Assembly (NCBI GenBank): GCA_964497265.1
Contig: CAZCCK010000004.1
Span: 606 to 64,605 of the forward strand
Length of the DNA stretch: 64,000 bases
Origin: Candidatus Woesearchaeota archaeon
GTDB lineage: Archaea; Nanobdellota; Nanobdellia; SCGC-AAA011-G17; GW2011-AR18
Direction: 5' to 3'
The notes beneath the pieces were generated by a model. The model was not told the DNA's origin, did no database searches, and saw only the letters and a program-made list of their open reading frames with translations. Position numbers and translations under genes: made by a program. This document shows positions 1-9,436 of this stretch, one piece after another (position 1 is the first letter of the stretch; each line of letters starts with the position of its first letter).

Positions 1-662
1 TGAACGCAAGTTTGTGGTATAATGCTACCACTGCAAATTTGGATAATGCAACCTTGGGTTCTGGAAAGTCAATGACTCCTTTTTATGTTTTGGAGAATAA
101 TTCTTGGATTTGTGGGGTGATGAGTGGGGGAGATAAATGCTATGTCAATTGGACTGTGAACGCGACGGGTAGTGTGGGAAGCACGTGGGAGCTTGGAGTG
201 AATTTTACCTCGAATAATTCGCTTTTGCTTTCGAACTTAACTAACTATACTCTAATTAATATTATCAGTTCTTCGATTAGTATTACTCTTTCTGGAAATT
301 TAAGTTCGGTTAATTTTGGTTCTACCTTAGACCCTGGTACAAATTCCAATCCTGCTTTGGGAAATGATCCTAGTTTGTATAATATCACCTGTAGTAATAC
401 GGGTGCTAATTGTAATATTTCAATTACCTCTGGAGGGGATTTTGTGAGTGGTGTTCAAACGTTCAAAGTATTGAATGCAACGTGGGGTTCTATTTCTAAT
501 CTTTCTGCGAACGGTATTCATTTGAATGCCTCTGTAGGGATTATTAATAATACCTTGGGGGATGGGGCTATTCAGAAAATTTTCTTTTGGTTGACAATTC
601 CTCCAGGTCAGTCTACGGGAACGTACACAAGTAATTTTACGATTACGGCAGTTTCCAATTAA
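1..662 (+). CDS. Secreted N-glycosylation-sequon-rich protein, probably a 5'-truncated C-terminal fragment; paralog of 1273..1932
   Basis: The ORF runs open to the window edge in frame and starts at a TTG with no signal peptide. It has more than 15 NxS/T sequons. Its C-terminal motif FWLTIPPGQSTGTYTSNFT matches FRFWLDVPAGATAGQYSGNFT in ORF 1273..1932. Confidence 0.5.
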   Translation, partial: NASLWYNATTANLDNATLGSGKSMTPFYVLENNSWICGVMSGGDKCYVNWTVNATGSVGSTWELGVNFTSNNSLLLSNLTNYTLINIISSSISITLSGNLSSVNFGSTLDPGTNSNPALGNDPSLYNITCSNTGANCNISITSGGDFVSGVQTFKVLNATWGSISNLSANGIHLNASVGIINNTLGDGAIQKIFFWLTIPPGQSTGTYTSNFTITAVSN

Positions 663-693
663 TTTATATAGGTGTATTGATAAAGGAAGAGAA

Positions 694-1263
694 ATGAGGG
701 CGAAAAGTTTTTTCTTGATTTTAGTGATTAGTTTGCTTTCAATTAATTTTGTAGGCGCAGATGTAGGTGTCGGCGCTTCTCCTGCGAAATTTTTACTTCA
801 GATGCCTGGCGGTCAAAGTCAAACTCAGGAGCTTTTAATTTTTAATCCGGGGAGTAGTCCGATTGAAGTGTCCATTAGTGTGGATGGAGACATTGCTGCT
901 TTTACAAAGATAACTCCAGAAAAAGCGATAATTCAGCCTGAACCTGTACCTCATGAGAAGCCGATTAAAAATGGAAGGCGTTTTGTTGTGACGTTTAGTC
1001 CTCCTGCTTCAAGGGAGAAAAAAGTGTATACTGGTTCTATTTCTGCTTCTGGTGGGCCAACTGCAGGTCAGTTTGGGGGAAGTGTTGCTGTTGCGTCTCT
1101 AGTTGAGTTGACGGTTACTCCTCCTGCTTCATTTTTGGATTATATCACAAAGTGGCATGTTGCGGCTGCACTTCTTGTTTTAATTTTGATTGTTCTTTTA
1201 CTTACGTTGAAAAAAGCTGGTTTGAAAGTCTCTTTTGAGAAGAAAAAAGAGAAAGGTTTATAA
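694..1263 (+). CDS. Secreted protein with signal peptide and a C-terminal TM anchor followed by a Lys-rich tail; paralog of 1934..2503
   Basis: N-terminal hydrophobic signal and a C-terminal TM followed by KKAGLK...KKKEKGL. It shares the conserved block VGVG..PAK...PEPVPH..P.KNG..F.V.F.PPAS with 1934..2503. Confidence 0.55.
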   Translation: MRAKSFFLILVISLLSINFVGADVGVGASPAKFLLQMPGGQSQTQELLIFNPGSSPIEVSISVDGDIAAFTKITPEKAIIQPEPVPHEKPIKNGRRFVVTFSPPASREKKVYTGSISASGGPTAGQFGGSVAVASLVELTVTPPASFLDYITKWHVAAALLVLILIVLLLTLKKAGLKVSFEKKKEKGL

Positions 1264-1272
1264 GAGAAGCAT

Positions 1273-1932
1273 ATGCTTAAAAGAAAAAAGATGGTGAAGA
1301 AGAAAAAGAGTAAGAGTTTTTCAACTGAAAAGTTGTTAATTGTTGGTCTGCTTGTTCTTTCTTTCAGCTTTTTTGTACTCTATGGATTTTTGCCTCAGTT
1401 AAGTGTGACTGGTTTGGCTACGACGGCCACACAAGTAGGTAATCTTACTGTGGGTGTTCAAACCTTTATCGCTTGTACGTGGGCGAATAATGATTTTAAT
1501 ATAAGTTTTGGAGATAACATTAATCCGGGTACGAATGATTATAATGCTTCTCATAATTTTGATTATCCTAATACCAGTCTTGGTAGTGCTCAGGATTTGA
1601 ATAACGGGACGAGCTATAACATAAGTATAGATAGTACCACAAATGTTCAAACAAATGTAACAATAAAGGGATTACACTTCTTGTCTGGTGCAAATATTAT
1701 TGGTATTGGAAACGTAACGTGGGCTGGAAATACTACAAGAGCAAATGGAACGAATATGCTTCCTTCTACGAGTAATATTCTTTCGTTAAGTTATAATGCC
1801 ACAGTGCCAGTAGGTAGTTTGTTAAATGCAGGTGGTACTGCTTGGTTTAGGTTCTGGCTTGATGTTCCTGCTGGTGCTACCGCGGGTCAGTATAGCGGAA
1901 ACTTTACGCAGCAATGCTCGCAAGGAGTTTAA
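1273..1932 (+). CDS. Secreted sequon-rich protein with an N-terminal TM/signal; paralog of 1..662
   Basis: N-terminal Lys-rich region plus a hydrophobic helix. Many NxS/T sequons. Shares GVQTF and the C-terminal FWL..P.G...G.Y.GNFT motif with ORF 1..662. Confidence 0.55.
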   Translation: MLKRKKMVKKKKSKSFSTEKLLIVGLLVLSFSFFVLYGFLPQLSVTGLATTATQVGNLTVGVQTFIACTWANNDFNISFGDNINPGTNDYNASHNFDYPNTSLGSAQDLNNGTSYNISIDSTTNVQTNVTIKGLHFLSGANIIGIGNVTWAGNTTRANGTNMLPSTSNILSLSYNATVPVGSLLNAGGTAWFRFWLDVPAGATAGQYSGNFTQQCSQGV

Positions 1933-1933
1933 A

Positions 1934-2503
1934 ATGAAACTTACTCGCCTTTTACCTAGTCTTCTTTTATTTATCTTAGTGGTTAATCTTGCCTCAGCTT
2001 CTGTTGGGGTTGGGATGAATCCTGCGAAAGCGAGTTTAGTGTTAGAAGGTGGAAAAACGCAGACAATGGAAGTCACTGTTTTTAATACTGGAGATACGCC
2101 GTTAGAGATTAGTTTGCAAGCGGAAGGAGATATTGCTCCTTATGTTGATTTTGAGCCTAAAAGTGTTGTTGTAGATCCTGAACCTGTTCCGCATACGTTG
2201 CCTGTGAAAAATGGGAAAATTTTTACTGTGAAATTTACTCCTCCTGCAAGTTCGCAAGTTGTATCTTATAGTGGAGATATTGCGGCTACAGCTTTCGTTT
2301 CAAATGGGAATAATTTTCCTGGTACTGTCGGTACTGCGATGCTTGTTGAGGCTACTGTGAATCCTCCGCTTCCTTTGAAGGGCGTTTTGGGAGTGTTGAC
2401 TGTGCAACAACTTGTCTTAGTTGCTGCGATTATTCCGATGATTTTAAGTGTTTTCCTACTAATCAGACAGTCTTCCAAAAAGAAAAAGTCTAAAAAGAAA
2501 TAA
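1934..2503 (+). CDS. Secreted C-terminally TM-anchored protein; paralog of 694..1263
   Basis: An in-frame ATG at about 1934 (MKLTRLLPSLLLFILVVNLASA) gives a proper signal peptide. The upstream extension of the 1826 ORF overlaps the previous gene and is rejected. C-terminal TM plus a KKKKSKKK tail. Confidence 0.55.
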   Translation: MKLTRLLPSLLLFILVVNLASASVGVGMNPAKASLVLEGGKTQTMEVTVFNTGDTPLEISLQAEGDIAPYVDFEPKSVVVDPEPVPHTLPVKNGKIFTVKFTPPASSQVVSYSGDIAATAFVSNGNNFPGTVGTAMLVEATVNPPLPLKGVLGVLTVQQLVLVAAIIPMILSVFLLIRQSSKKKKSKKK

Positions 2504-2520
2504 TTCTAGACTTAACTGCT

Positions 2521-4137
2521 ATGAGGATAGAAAAGAGGTATGAAATTGGTGTTCTGTTATTTATCTTAATTATTTTTATTCTTTTAGTGAGTATTAAATT
2601 AAGCAATTCTCATATTACTACAGGTTTAAGTACGATGAGTGGTCAGCTTGGTTTTGGGATTGCTTCTTCTGAGCATTATCTTACCAATAACTTTCAAGTA
2701 GCGAATGAGACTACTCTAAATACTGGTTTGAATACAACGCTCATTTTAAGAGCGAATGCGACTGGAGAAGCGGGTTTTGTAAATCTCACTTTAAGTTCTT
2801 CTAATCCTACTTCGAATAGTTTTGTGAATAAAACTGCTCTTGATAAGTTTGCGACTTTAGAGACCAATATTAATTTTACAAATGCTACCCTTTCTTTTAA
2901 TTATAGTGACGGTGAATTAGGACAGTTAAACGAAAGCACATTAAGAATATATCATTACAATCAGAGTGGAGATTCTTGGACTCTTCTTCCTGGTGGGGTC
3001 GATCAAAGTGCTAATTTTGTGTATGGTCTTACAACAAGTTTTAGTCCTTTTGGTGTGTTTGGCGATCTGAAGAGTGATTCGGGGACTAATCCCGGTTCTA
3101 GTTCTTCTGGCAGTAGCGGTGGGGGAGCGAGTGGTGGCGGTGGAGGGGGCGGAAGTGCTAAACTAAAGAAGCCTGGAGATTTTGAGATTGTTCCTCCGAT
3201 TATGGCAATTACGTTAAGTAAAGGAAAGAGGGTATACGGCGCTGCTAAGATTACCAATACTGGCGGAAATGATTTGGTTCTAGCTTTGGATTTTGAGAAT
3301 CTTAATGAGTTTGATATTGACACTGAAAAGATTTTAACCTTAAAAGCTGGAGAAACTAAAGAGATCAAGTTAGGTTTTTCAGCAAAAGAAGGAACTCCTG
3401 AGGATATTTATCTTGGAAAGATTTTGGTTAAGAGTGAGAAGAGAGCTGAAGAAATAAATGTTATTGTTAATTTTAGACAGCAAGAATCTCTTTTCGATTT
3501 GAAAGTGAGGATTTTACCGGATTATCAGAATGTTAAGCGTGGCGCAAGAGTAATTGCGGGTTTAGAGATGCAGAATATTGGTACTCGTGGAAGGTTAATT
3601 GATGTTAATTTAAATACCTATATTACGGATTTTGATCGAAGAGTCGTATTACAATCTTCTAAAGAGACTGTGGCGGTTGGTGCTGAACTTGCATTGACAA
3701 GGGAGTTTAAGGTTCCTTCGGATATGAAGGATGGAAAGTATTTATTTGTCGCAGAAATGGATTATGGAAATGTAACTGTAAAAAGTTATGACCTTTTCGA
3801 AGTAGAAGGTGAGCTTCAAGGGGAGAAGACTGAGATCTTAAGTTCTAACTTTCAAGGAGAGCTAATTATCAGTCTTTTAATTCTTGTTGTAGGAGTAATA
3901 ATTGGTTTGTTTTATCTCAAACTAAGAGGATTAGATTTGAAGTTAAGTGGTTTGAACACGCGTAAAGTTGAAAAGCGACTAGTAAGCGAGTTAGAAGTCT
4001 TAGAGCAGCTTGAGAGATTAGATCAAGCGTATAAAGAGGGAGTGATCAGTACTGAGCATTATAGTGCTGCTCAAAACAAATTAATTAAAAAGTTAAAGAT
4101 GATTAAATTGTCTAAAGATGGGAAAAAATCTATTTAA
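2521..4137 (+). CDS. Surface protein with an N-terminal TM, a poly-Gly/Ser linker, a C-terminal TM and a cytoplasmic SHOCT-like tail
   Basis: SSSSGSSGGGASGGGGGGGS linker. C-terminal TM LIISLLILVVGVIIGLFYL followed by LEQLERLDQAYKEGVISTEHYSAAQNKLIKKL, which matches the SHOCT (short C-terminal domain) consensus. Confidence 0.5.
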   Translation: MRIEKRYEIGVLLFILIIFILLVSIKLSNSHITTGLSTMSGQLGFGIASSEHYLTNNFQVANETTLNTGLNTTLILRANATGEAGFVNLTLSSSNPTSNSFVNKTALDKFATLETNINFTNATLSFNYSDGELGQLNESTLRIYHYNQSGDSWTLLPGGVDQSANFVYGLTTSFSPFGVFGDLKSDSGTNPGSSSSGSSGGGASGGGGGGGSAKLKKPGDFEIVPPIMAITLSKGKRVYGAAKITNTGGNDLVLALDFENLNEFDIDTEKILTLKAGETKEIKLGFSAKEGTPEDIYLGKILVKSEKRAEEINVIVNFRQQESLFDLKVRILPDYQNVKRGARVIAGLEMQNIGTRGRLIDVNLNTYITDFDRRVVLQSSKETVAVGAELALTREFKVPSDMKDGKYLFVAEMDYGNVTVKSYDLFEVEGELQGEKTEILSSNFQGELIISLLILVVGVIIGLFYLKLRGLDLKLSGLNTRKVEKRLVSELEVLEQLERLDQAYKEGVISTEHYSAAQNKLIKKLKMIKLSKDGKKSI

Positions 4138-4501
4138 GAATTTTCTTTATCCTTTTTTTAAAATCATTAATTTCTATCGGTTTATGGAAATAGTCGACAA
4201 GTTTGAATTTGTCCACCGCATCTTTTCCATACTTTTTAAGGTCTACTACCGTTAGGAAGGCTACTTTCTGGTCTTTGGTTTTAGGATTTGTTCGTATCTT
4301 TTCTAAAGTTTGAGTTCCAGACATTTGAGGCATAAGGATGTCTAGAAGTACAAGGTCAAAAATATTTTTCTGCAAAAGTTCGAGAGCTTCCCGTCCACTT
4401 GAAGCTAAATTAACCTGATAATTCATTGTTTCTAATACTTGTTTGACTGATTCTCTGATGTCTTCTTCATCATCGACTACAAGTATTTTTTTAGTAATCA
4501 T
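4130..4501 (-). CDS. Stand-alone response regulator (CheY-like receiver domain)
   Basis: KILVVDDEEDIRESV...DLVLLDILMPQMSG...K. Phospho-acceptor Asp and the conserved Lys are present. Confidence 0.8.
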   Translation of the reverse strand: MITKKILVVDDEEDIRESVKQVLETMNYQVNLASSGREALELLQKNIFDLVLLDILMPQMSGTQTLEKIRTNPKTKDQKVAFLTVVDLKKYGKDAVDKFKLVDYFHKPIEINDFKKRIKKILK

Positions 4502-4503
4502 AA

Positions 4504-6240
4504 TTAATTTTTAGCTCCTTCCCTATTTAAAGTTTTTTTAAAAGGAAGTGTGAAGTAAAAAAGCGATCCCTTCCCTGGAGAAGACTCTACTTTTAGCTTT
4601 CCGCCGTGTTGTTCAACAATTCCTTTGCAAATGGCTAGGCCCAATCCTGTACCTTTTTCTTTTCTTTGATAAGAAGGCTTTACCTGGGAAAAAGGAAGGA
4701 AAAGTTTTCTAAGATTCTGTTGGGAGATGCCAATTCCGTTATCTTTGATTTTAATGAGGGCGAATGTTTTTTTGTTTTCAATGAAGATTTCTATTTTACC
4801 CTCTCTTTTCGAGCTGAATTTAATGGCGTTGTCTAGAAGGTTATTGAAAACTTCTCTTATTCTAACCGGATCGAAGAAGAATTTTGGAAGGGGAGATATT
4901 TTGGTTTTGAGCTGAATATTCTTTTTGGTAATGAGTGGTTTAAAATTTTCAACAGACTGTTCAAGTACTTTTTCAAGTGAAGTTTTTAGAGGATAAAGCT
5001 TCATCGCTTTGGATTGGATTTTTGAAGCGTCAAGTACCGAGGTAATAAGGGTATCAAGATTCTTAACATTTCTCAAAATCATTTGAATGCTTTTCTTTTG
5101 TTTATTCGAAAGTTTGCCAAAATCTTCTTTTAAGAGAAGTTCTGTTTGAATAAGGATGGGGGTGATTGGAGTTTTAAGCTCGTGAGAGGTATTGGTAAGA
5201 AATTGGAGTTTTAAATTATCTAAAGTTTTGAGTCGATCATAGGTTTTCTGTAATTTTTCTCTAAGAAGATGTTCTTCTTTAGCCGCTTTTTGGGTTTGCC
5301 TAGATTGTTTTGAAAGTTGGAGGTTTTGGTAAGAAATACTTTTTTCAAACTTATTATGCTCTTCAACAACTGAAGAGGTCAGAACGGTGATGAAAGCGAT
5401 GGTTCCAATAAATGCTTCAAAAAAAAGAAGGGTGTCGTTCGGTGACTGGGCGGCGAAGGGTCCTTTTCCTTGTAGGGTAAAGAAGAGAATGGCCAAAGAA
5501 AGAAGAAAGGTAATCGTTAGGGCGGTTCTTTTATCAAAGCGAAATGCAATCCAGATTAAGAGTGGAATGATAAGGACAAGGGGTGCTCTATTTTCCAGGC
5601 CGAATGATTCTGACTGAAAAGCAAGTAGGAAAAAGAGTATCAATAGAAAGGTCATTACCCCTAATTCTATAATCTTTGCTTTGGTATAACTCTTAAATGA
5701 AAATGGAGTGCTCCAGACGAGAATGAGGGGGGCGAATTTAAGCGCAGAAACAAGATCTCCGATCCACCAGGTGAACCAGACGTGACCGTAATTGGAGAGG
5801 GGATTGAGAGAGAAAAAAGTAAGGGCGGTAACCCCGATTGTTGCGCTAAGCAGAGTGCTTACCGAAGCGATGGCTAAGTAAGCTAATACTCCTTTGGAGC
5901 TCTCAAACACGCGAATTCCATTTGTGTATTTTCTGATAAGAAAAACTGCAAGAAATGCTTCAAGGGTGTTTCCTAAGGCAATGAAGAATGAAGAAGCTAT
6001 GAGTGAAGTAGTTGTAACATTAACAAAGTAAGCTCCTAAGAAGATCGCAGGCAGAATTTCGTATCCGAATAAAAGGAGGAGTGCAATGCTTAATCCGGTA
6101 GGCGGCCAGAACGCAGATGCGCTGGAGTTAAGGAAAGCCAACTTTAATCCAAGTTTTCCCGAAAGAAAGTAGATTGCGGTTATAACCAGCAGTTTAAGGA
6201 GGTAGCGAGGAAGTTTTTTGAGAATCTTTTGAGTATCCAA
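4504..6240 (-). CDS. Sensor histidine kinase with a polytopic N-terminal membrane domain (MASE1-like) followed by HisKA and HATPase_c
   Basis: H-box SHELKTP. N, G1 (DNGIGI) and G2 (GTGLGLAI) boxes. About 8 predicted TM helices at the N-terminus. Adjacent to the receiver gene on the same strand. Confidence 0.8.
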   Translation of the reverse strand: MDTQKILKKLPRYLLKLLVITAIYFLSGKLGLKLAFLNSSASAFWPPTGLSIALLLLFGYEILPAIFLGAYFVNVTTTSLIASSFFIALGNTLEAFLAVFLIRKYTNGIRVFESSKGVLAYLAIASVSTLLSATIGVTALTFFSLNPLSNYGHVWFTWWIGDLVSALKFAPLILVWSTPFSFKSYTKAKIIELGVMTFLLILFFLLAFQSESFGLENRAPLVLIIPLLIWIAFRFDKRTALTITFLLSLAILFFTLQGKGPFAAQSPNDTLLFFEAFIGTIAFITVLTSSVVEEHNKFEKSISYQNLQLSKQSRQTQKAAKEEHLLREKLQKTYDRLKTLDNLKLQFLTNTSHELKTPITPILIQTELLLKEDFGKLSNKQKKSIQMILRNVKNLDTLITSVLDASKIQSKAMKLYPLKTSLEKVLEQSVENFKPLITKKNIQLKTKISPLPKFFFDPVRIREVFNNLLDNAIKFSSKREGKIEIFIENKKTFALIKIKDNGIGISQQNLRKLFLPFSQVKPSYQRKEKGTGLGLAICKGIVEQHGGKLKVESSPGKGSLFYFTLPFKKTLNREGAKN

Positions 6241-6347
6241 TAAATCACCCTTTTGTTTTTAAGTTTATTCTCTCCTTTTAATAGTTTTCTTTGGAGTGTT
6301 TGAGAAAATAGGATAGCTTTATTAAATCCTTTTCAAGTTAGTGAGAA

Positions 6348-6956
6348 ATGCCTCAATTATCTGAAGAGCAGATTAATCAAATTAAGAAGTTTGTTGAAAC
6401 TTTTCCTGAAGAGGAGAGAGAGGCAAAATTAGAAGAAATTCTTTCTCAGCTTGTTGAGGAAGATAAGAAGCCTCAAGCAGTCCAGTGTCCGTTTTGTTTG
6501 ATGGGTGAGGGGAAATTAAAAACACAAAAAGTTTTTGAGGACGAAAGGTTTCTTGCTGTGTTAGAAATTAATCCTGCAAATCCGGGGCATATCCTTGTTT
6601 TTCCAAAAAAGCATCTTGCTGATCTACACGCTCTTGAAAATAGTCTTGTTGATTTTTTACTTCTTATTCATAATCTCTCTTCAAGTTTATTGAAATTTAA
6701 TGCGGGTGTGAATGTACTTGTTTCTCTGGGTGTTCTTGCAGGTCAGAAGTTTCCGCATCTTGTAGTGCATATTCTTCCCAGAGTAGAGAAGGATGCGGTT
6801 ACACTTTCTTGGAAAGGAAAGCCGCTAAGTGAGCAAGAGTTAAATGCTTTAAGAGAAAAGATTGCTGCAGGTCTAGTAAAGAAAGAGCCTGAAAAAAAGG
6901 TAGATCCTGAGAAGTTTAAGTCAAGATTGATTAAACCTGAGAATAGAATGCCTTAG
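6348..6956 (+). CDS. HIT-family (histidine triad) hydrolase with an N-terminal extension containing CPFC
   Basis: C-terminal histidine triad PHLVVHILPR (HxHxHxx). NPANPGHILVFPKKH core. Confidence 0.65.
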   Translation: MPQLSEEQINQIKKFVETFPEEEREAKLEEILSQLVEEDKKPQAVQCPFCLMGEGKLKTQKVFEDERFLAVLEINPANPGHILVFPKKHLADLHALENSLVDFLLLIHNLSSSLLKFNAGVNVLVSLGVLAGQKFPHLVVHILPRVEKDAVTLSWKGKPLSEQELNALREKIAAGLVKKEPEKKVDPEKFKSRLIKPENRMP

Positions 6957-7942
6957 AAAAGAGAGGTGAGGTGTGTCCAGAATAAGGTTAAGAGTAGCGC
7001 GAAGAAAAATGCGGGCACGAAAGGTATTCCTTCCTTAACTAAAACTTTTTTAATACCGTGTTTTTTAAGAAGCTCGATTTGTTTTTTTTCAAGTCCTAAA
7101 TCTTTGGGAGTACAGATTGTTTTAGAACCTACTTTAACGGTATTTAGTACCCAGTCTCCTTCTGTTAATTTTTCTACGTTCATCCAAGATTGCATGCTTA
7201 TCTTTTCAACAATTTTTACAAAGAAATAGAGATTGAAAAAGAAATAAACAAAGACAATACTGATAAGAAAGAGGGTCTGATAGATTTCTGTCAGAAAGAA
7301 ACTAATGCTGAGGAGAAGGAGAAATGCTAAAAGCGCGAAGAGGAAGTAATTTCTATTTTGCTTTTTAAGTTCTTGTTTAATTCTTTTCCAGTGTTTTATG
7401 CTTAATCCTAATGTGTAGAATAATCCGTAGAGAGATCCTGCAATAAAGAGGTTAAGGATGAAGAGCGCTAAGAACGGCCAAGGAGAGGTTAATCCGCTGA
7501 TGGGAAGACCGTTTCCAAAGATTGCGCCTACGCCCATAAGGAGTTTACTGTCTCCCCCTCCCCACTGTTTTGTGTAATAAAAAAGGTTGGCGATAACAAA
7601 AGCTGCTCCGAAAGCGAGTAATCCTGTAAGAAAAGGCAAGTAGTCTTTTAAGAGAACAGACTCTAAAGCTCTACTTCCTAATCCTGCGAAGATCATACCA
7701 TAAGAAAGCCAGTCTGGAACTTCTCTTTTTTTTAGATCTGTGATGCTTGCAAGTGTTATTCCAAGAAAACCAATAATTAAGAGCAGGAATTCAATCATAG
7801 ATTCTTTTGGGTAAGAAGCCTTTTTAATGTTTAGCATTTTTCTTTTCAAATGATTTCGATTATTGGTGCGGGTCCTGCTGGTTCTTATGCCGCTTATTTG
7901 CTGGCTAAGGCTGGAAAAGAAGTTCATGTATACGAAGAACAT
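6953..7942 (-). CDS. Archaeal type IV prepilin/preflagellin peptidase (A24 family, FlaK/PibD-like); the true start is probably the internal Met near 7798
   Basis: ASITDLKKREVPDWL (first catalytic Asp motif) and QWGGGDSKLL (second Asp motif, GGGDxKL) lie within a polytopic membrane protein. The first 48 codons of the ORF are Arg/Asn-rich and non-membrane, so they are probably not translated. Confidence 0.7.
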   Translation of the reverse strand: MFFVYMNFFSSLSQQISGIRTSRTRTNNRNHLKRKMLNIKKASYPKESMIEFLLLIIGFLGITLASITDLKKREVPDWLSYGMIFAGLGSRALESVLLKDYLPFLTGLLAFGAAFVIANLFYYTKQWGGGDSKLLMGVGAIFGNGLPISGLTSPWPFLALFILNLFIAGSLYGLFYTLGLSIKHWKRIKQELKKQNRNYFLFALLAFLLLLSISFFLTEIYQTLFLISIVFVYFFFNLYFFVKIVEKISMQSWMNVEKLTEGDWVLNTVKVGSKTICTPKDLGLEKKQIELLKKHGIKKVLVKEGIPFVPAFFFALLLTLFWTHLTSLF

Positions 7943-8923
7943 GAAGTGATTGGTAATCCGATCCAGTGTAGTGGAGTGATTACTCCTGCGATTGAAGCGT
8001 TAATTCCTTTAAACAAGGAGATTATTGTAAATAAAATAAACAAAGTAAGGTTTCACGCTCCAAATGGTTCTTTCTTTGATGTGAAAATTAAAGAGGATTA
8101 TGTGTTTGATCGAGCAAAGCTAGATCAGTATATTGCTTCTCTCGCACAGGAGGCTGGCGCGGTCTTCCATCTAGGAAAACGTTTTCAAAGTTTTGAAAAA
8201 AAGGTAGGTAAAATAAAACTAAATTTTTCTTCTGCAAATGTTGAAACAGACATCTTGGTTGGTGCTGACGGTCCTCATTCATTAGTTGCTAAATCCGCGG
8301 ATTTATTTGAAAATAAAGATTTCATTGTGGGTATTCAGGCAAGAGCCAAAGCGCAAGTAATAGATAAACATCTTGTTGAGATTTTCTTAGGCTATGGTGA
8401 TTTTGGATGGTTGATTCCTGAAGATGAAGAAACTGCTCGTATTGGGGTTGTTGCTCACCGGGAATGTAAAAAAGAATTCGATCAGTTAATGAAATTAAGG
8501 GGCGGGAAGTTTATTTGCTATCAGTCTGGCTTGATTCCCTTATATAATAAAAAGATAAAAACTCAAAAAGGAAATGTCTTTTTGATTGGAGATGCTGCAA
8601 GGCAAGTGAAAGCAAGTACCCATGGAGGAATTCTATTCGGAATGCTTGCAGGTAAATCTTTAGCGAAAGCAATTCTCGAAGGAAAGGATTATGAAAGGTT
8701 GTGGAAAAAAGAATTAGGCCTTGATTTGTGGCTAAACTTAAAGATTCATGAAACGTTAAGGAAGTTTTCTGAAGAAGATTTAAATGAGCTTGTAAGGTTA
8801 TTTTCTCAAGAAAAACTAAAATCGATTCTTAGTTCAAACGTGAGGGATTTTCCAAGCAAATTTATTATAAAAATGCTTTGGACAGAACCTAGATTGTTAA
8901 AATTTGCTACAAAGCTACTTTGA
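7850..8923 (+). CDS. FAD-dependent geranylgeranyl reductase family (archaeal lipid saturation)
   Basis: N-terminal Rossmann motif IIGAGPAGSYAAYLLAKAG. GxGxxG. Length and order are typical of the GGR family. Confidence 0.7.
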   Translation: MISIIGAGPAGSYAAYLLAKAGKEVHVYEEHEVIGNPIQCSGVITPAIEALIPLNKEIIVNKINKVRFHAPNGSFFDVKIKEDYVFDRAKLDQYIASLAQEAGAVFHLGKRFQSFEKKVGKIKLNFSSANVETDILVGADGPHSLVAKSADLFENKDFIVGIQARAKAQVIDKHLVEIFLGYGDFGWLIPEDEETARIGVVAHRECKKEFDQLMKLRGGKFICYQSGLIPLYNKKIKTQKGNVFLIGDAARQVKASTHGGILFGMLAGKSLAKAILEGKDYERLWKKELGLDLWLNLKIHETLRKFSEEDLNELVRLFSQEKLKSILSSNVRDFPSKFIIKMLWTEPRLLKFATKLL

Positions 8924-8926
8924 AAT

Positions 8927-9436
8927 GTGGTTTTTTTAAAAGCAAAATATATTTATAGTTCTTATTTAACGGGGGGTGGTATGGAAAAAGATTTAGAGAG
9001 TATCACTCTTCAAGAAAGTTCTTCTAGTAGAGAAGATGAGACTATTCGCACTTTAAGAACACAAGCAGAATCTTTTCTAAAAGGGACAGGATTGTTTGTT
9101 TTTAAAAAGAATGCAGGTAAGATGCCTCAGGAATATAAGGGAACGCTTTATGCTCGTAACCCTAATGGGATTTATCTAAATCTTAGTAAAACTGATGAAG
9201 AGGTCGAATTTTTCCCTTATGCTTCGATTTCTGCAATTTATAGGGGAATAGATGCGTCTGATAAGTATCAAGATCCTATTTTAGTAACCCGGATTGTTGA
9301 AAGTAAAGATGGGACTGGGTGGGTATTCACTGAACCGAATGGAGAGCAGAAGCTTGTTGAAAAAGTGGTGGTTACTCCTTATTCCAAAAAGAATGGTATA
9401 TTGCCCATTGTGAAAGAAGAGTATTCGCCAGATTAA
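8927..9436 (+). CDS. Hypothetical protein (GTG start)
   Basis: 169-aa ORF with coding-like composition and no recognisable motif. Confidence 0.35.
   Translation: MVFLKAKYIYSSYLTGGGMEKDLESITLQESSSSREDETIRTLRTQAESFLKGTGLFVFKKNAGKMPQEYKGTLYARNPNGIYLNLSKTDEEVEFFPYASISAIYRGIDASDKYQDPILVTRIVESKDGTGWVFTEPNGEQKLVEKVVVTPYSKKNGILPIVKEEYSPD

Noticed and set aside
1826-1933. N-terminal extension of the 1826..2503 ORF that overlaps the 3' end of the 1273..1932 gene
   Set aside because: The in-frame ATG at about 1934 yields a canonical signal peptide and removes the 100-nt overlap. The extension is an ORF-finder artefact.
3100-3165. G-rich tract (GGTGGGGGAGCGAGTGGTGGCGGTGGAGGGGGCGG) that could form a G-quadruplex
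   Set aside because: It is most simply explained as the coding sequence for the poly-Gly/Ser linker. There is no independent evidence for a structural role.
3003-3368. 121-aa minus-strand ORF with a poly-proline run
   Set aside because: It is the antisense of the Gly/Ser-linker coding region of the 538-aa surface protein.
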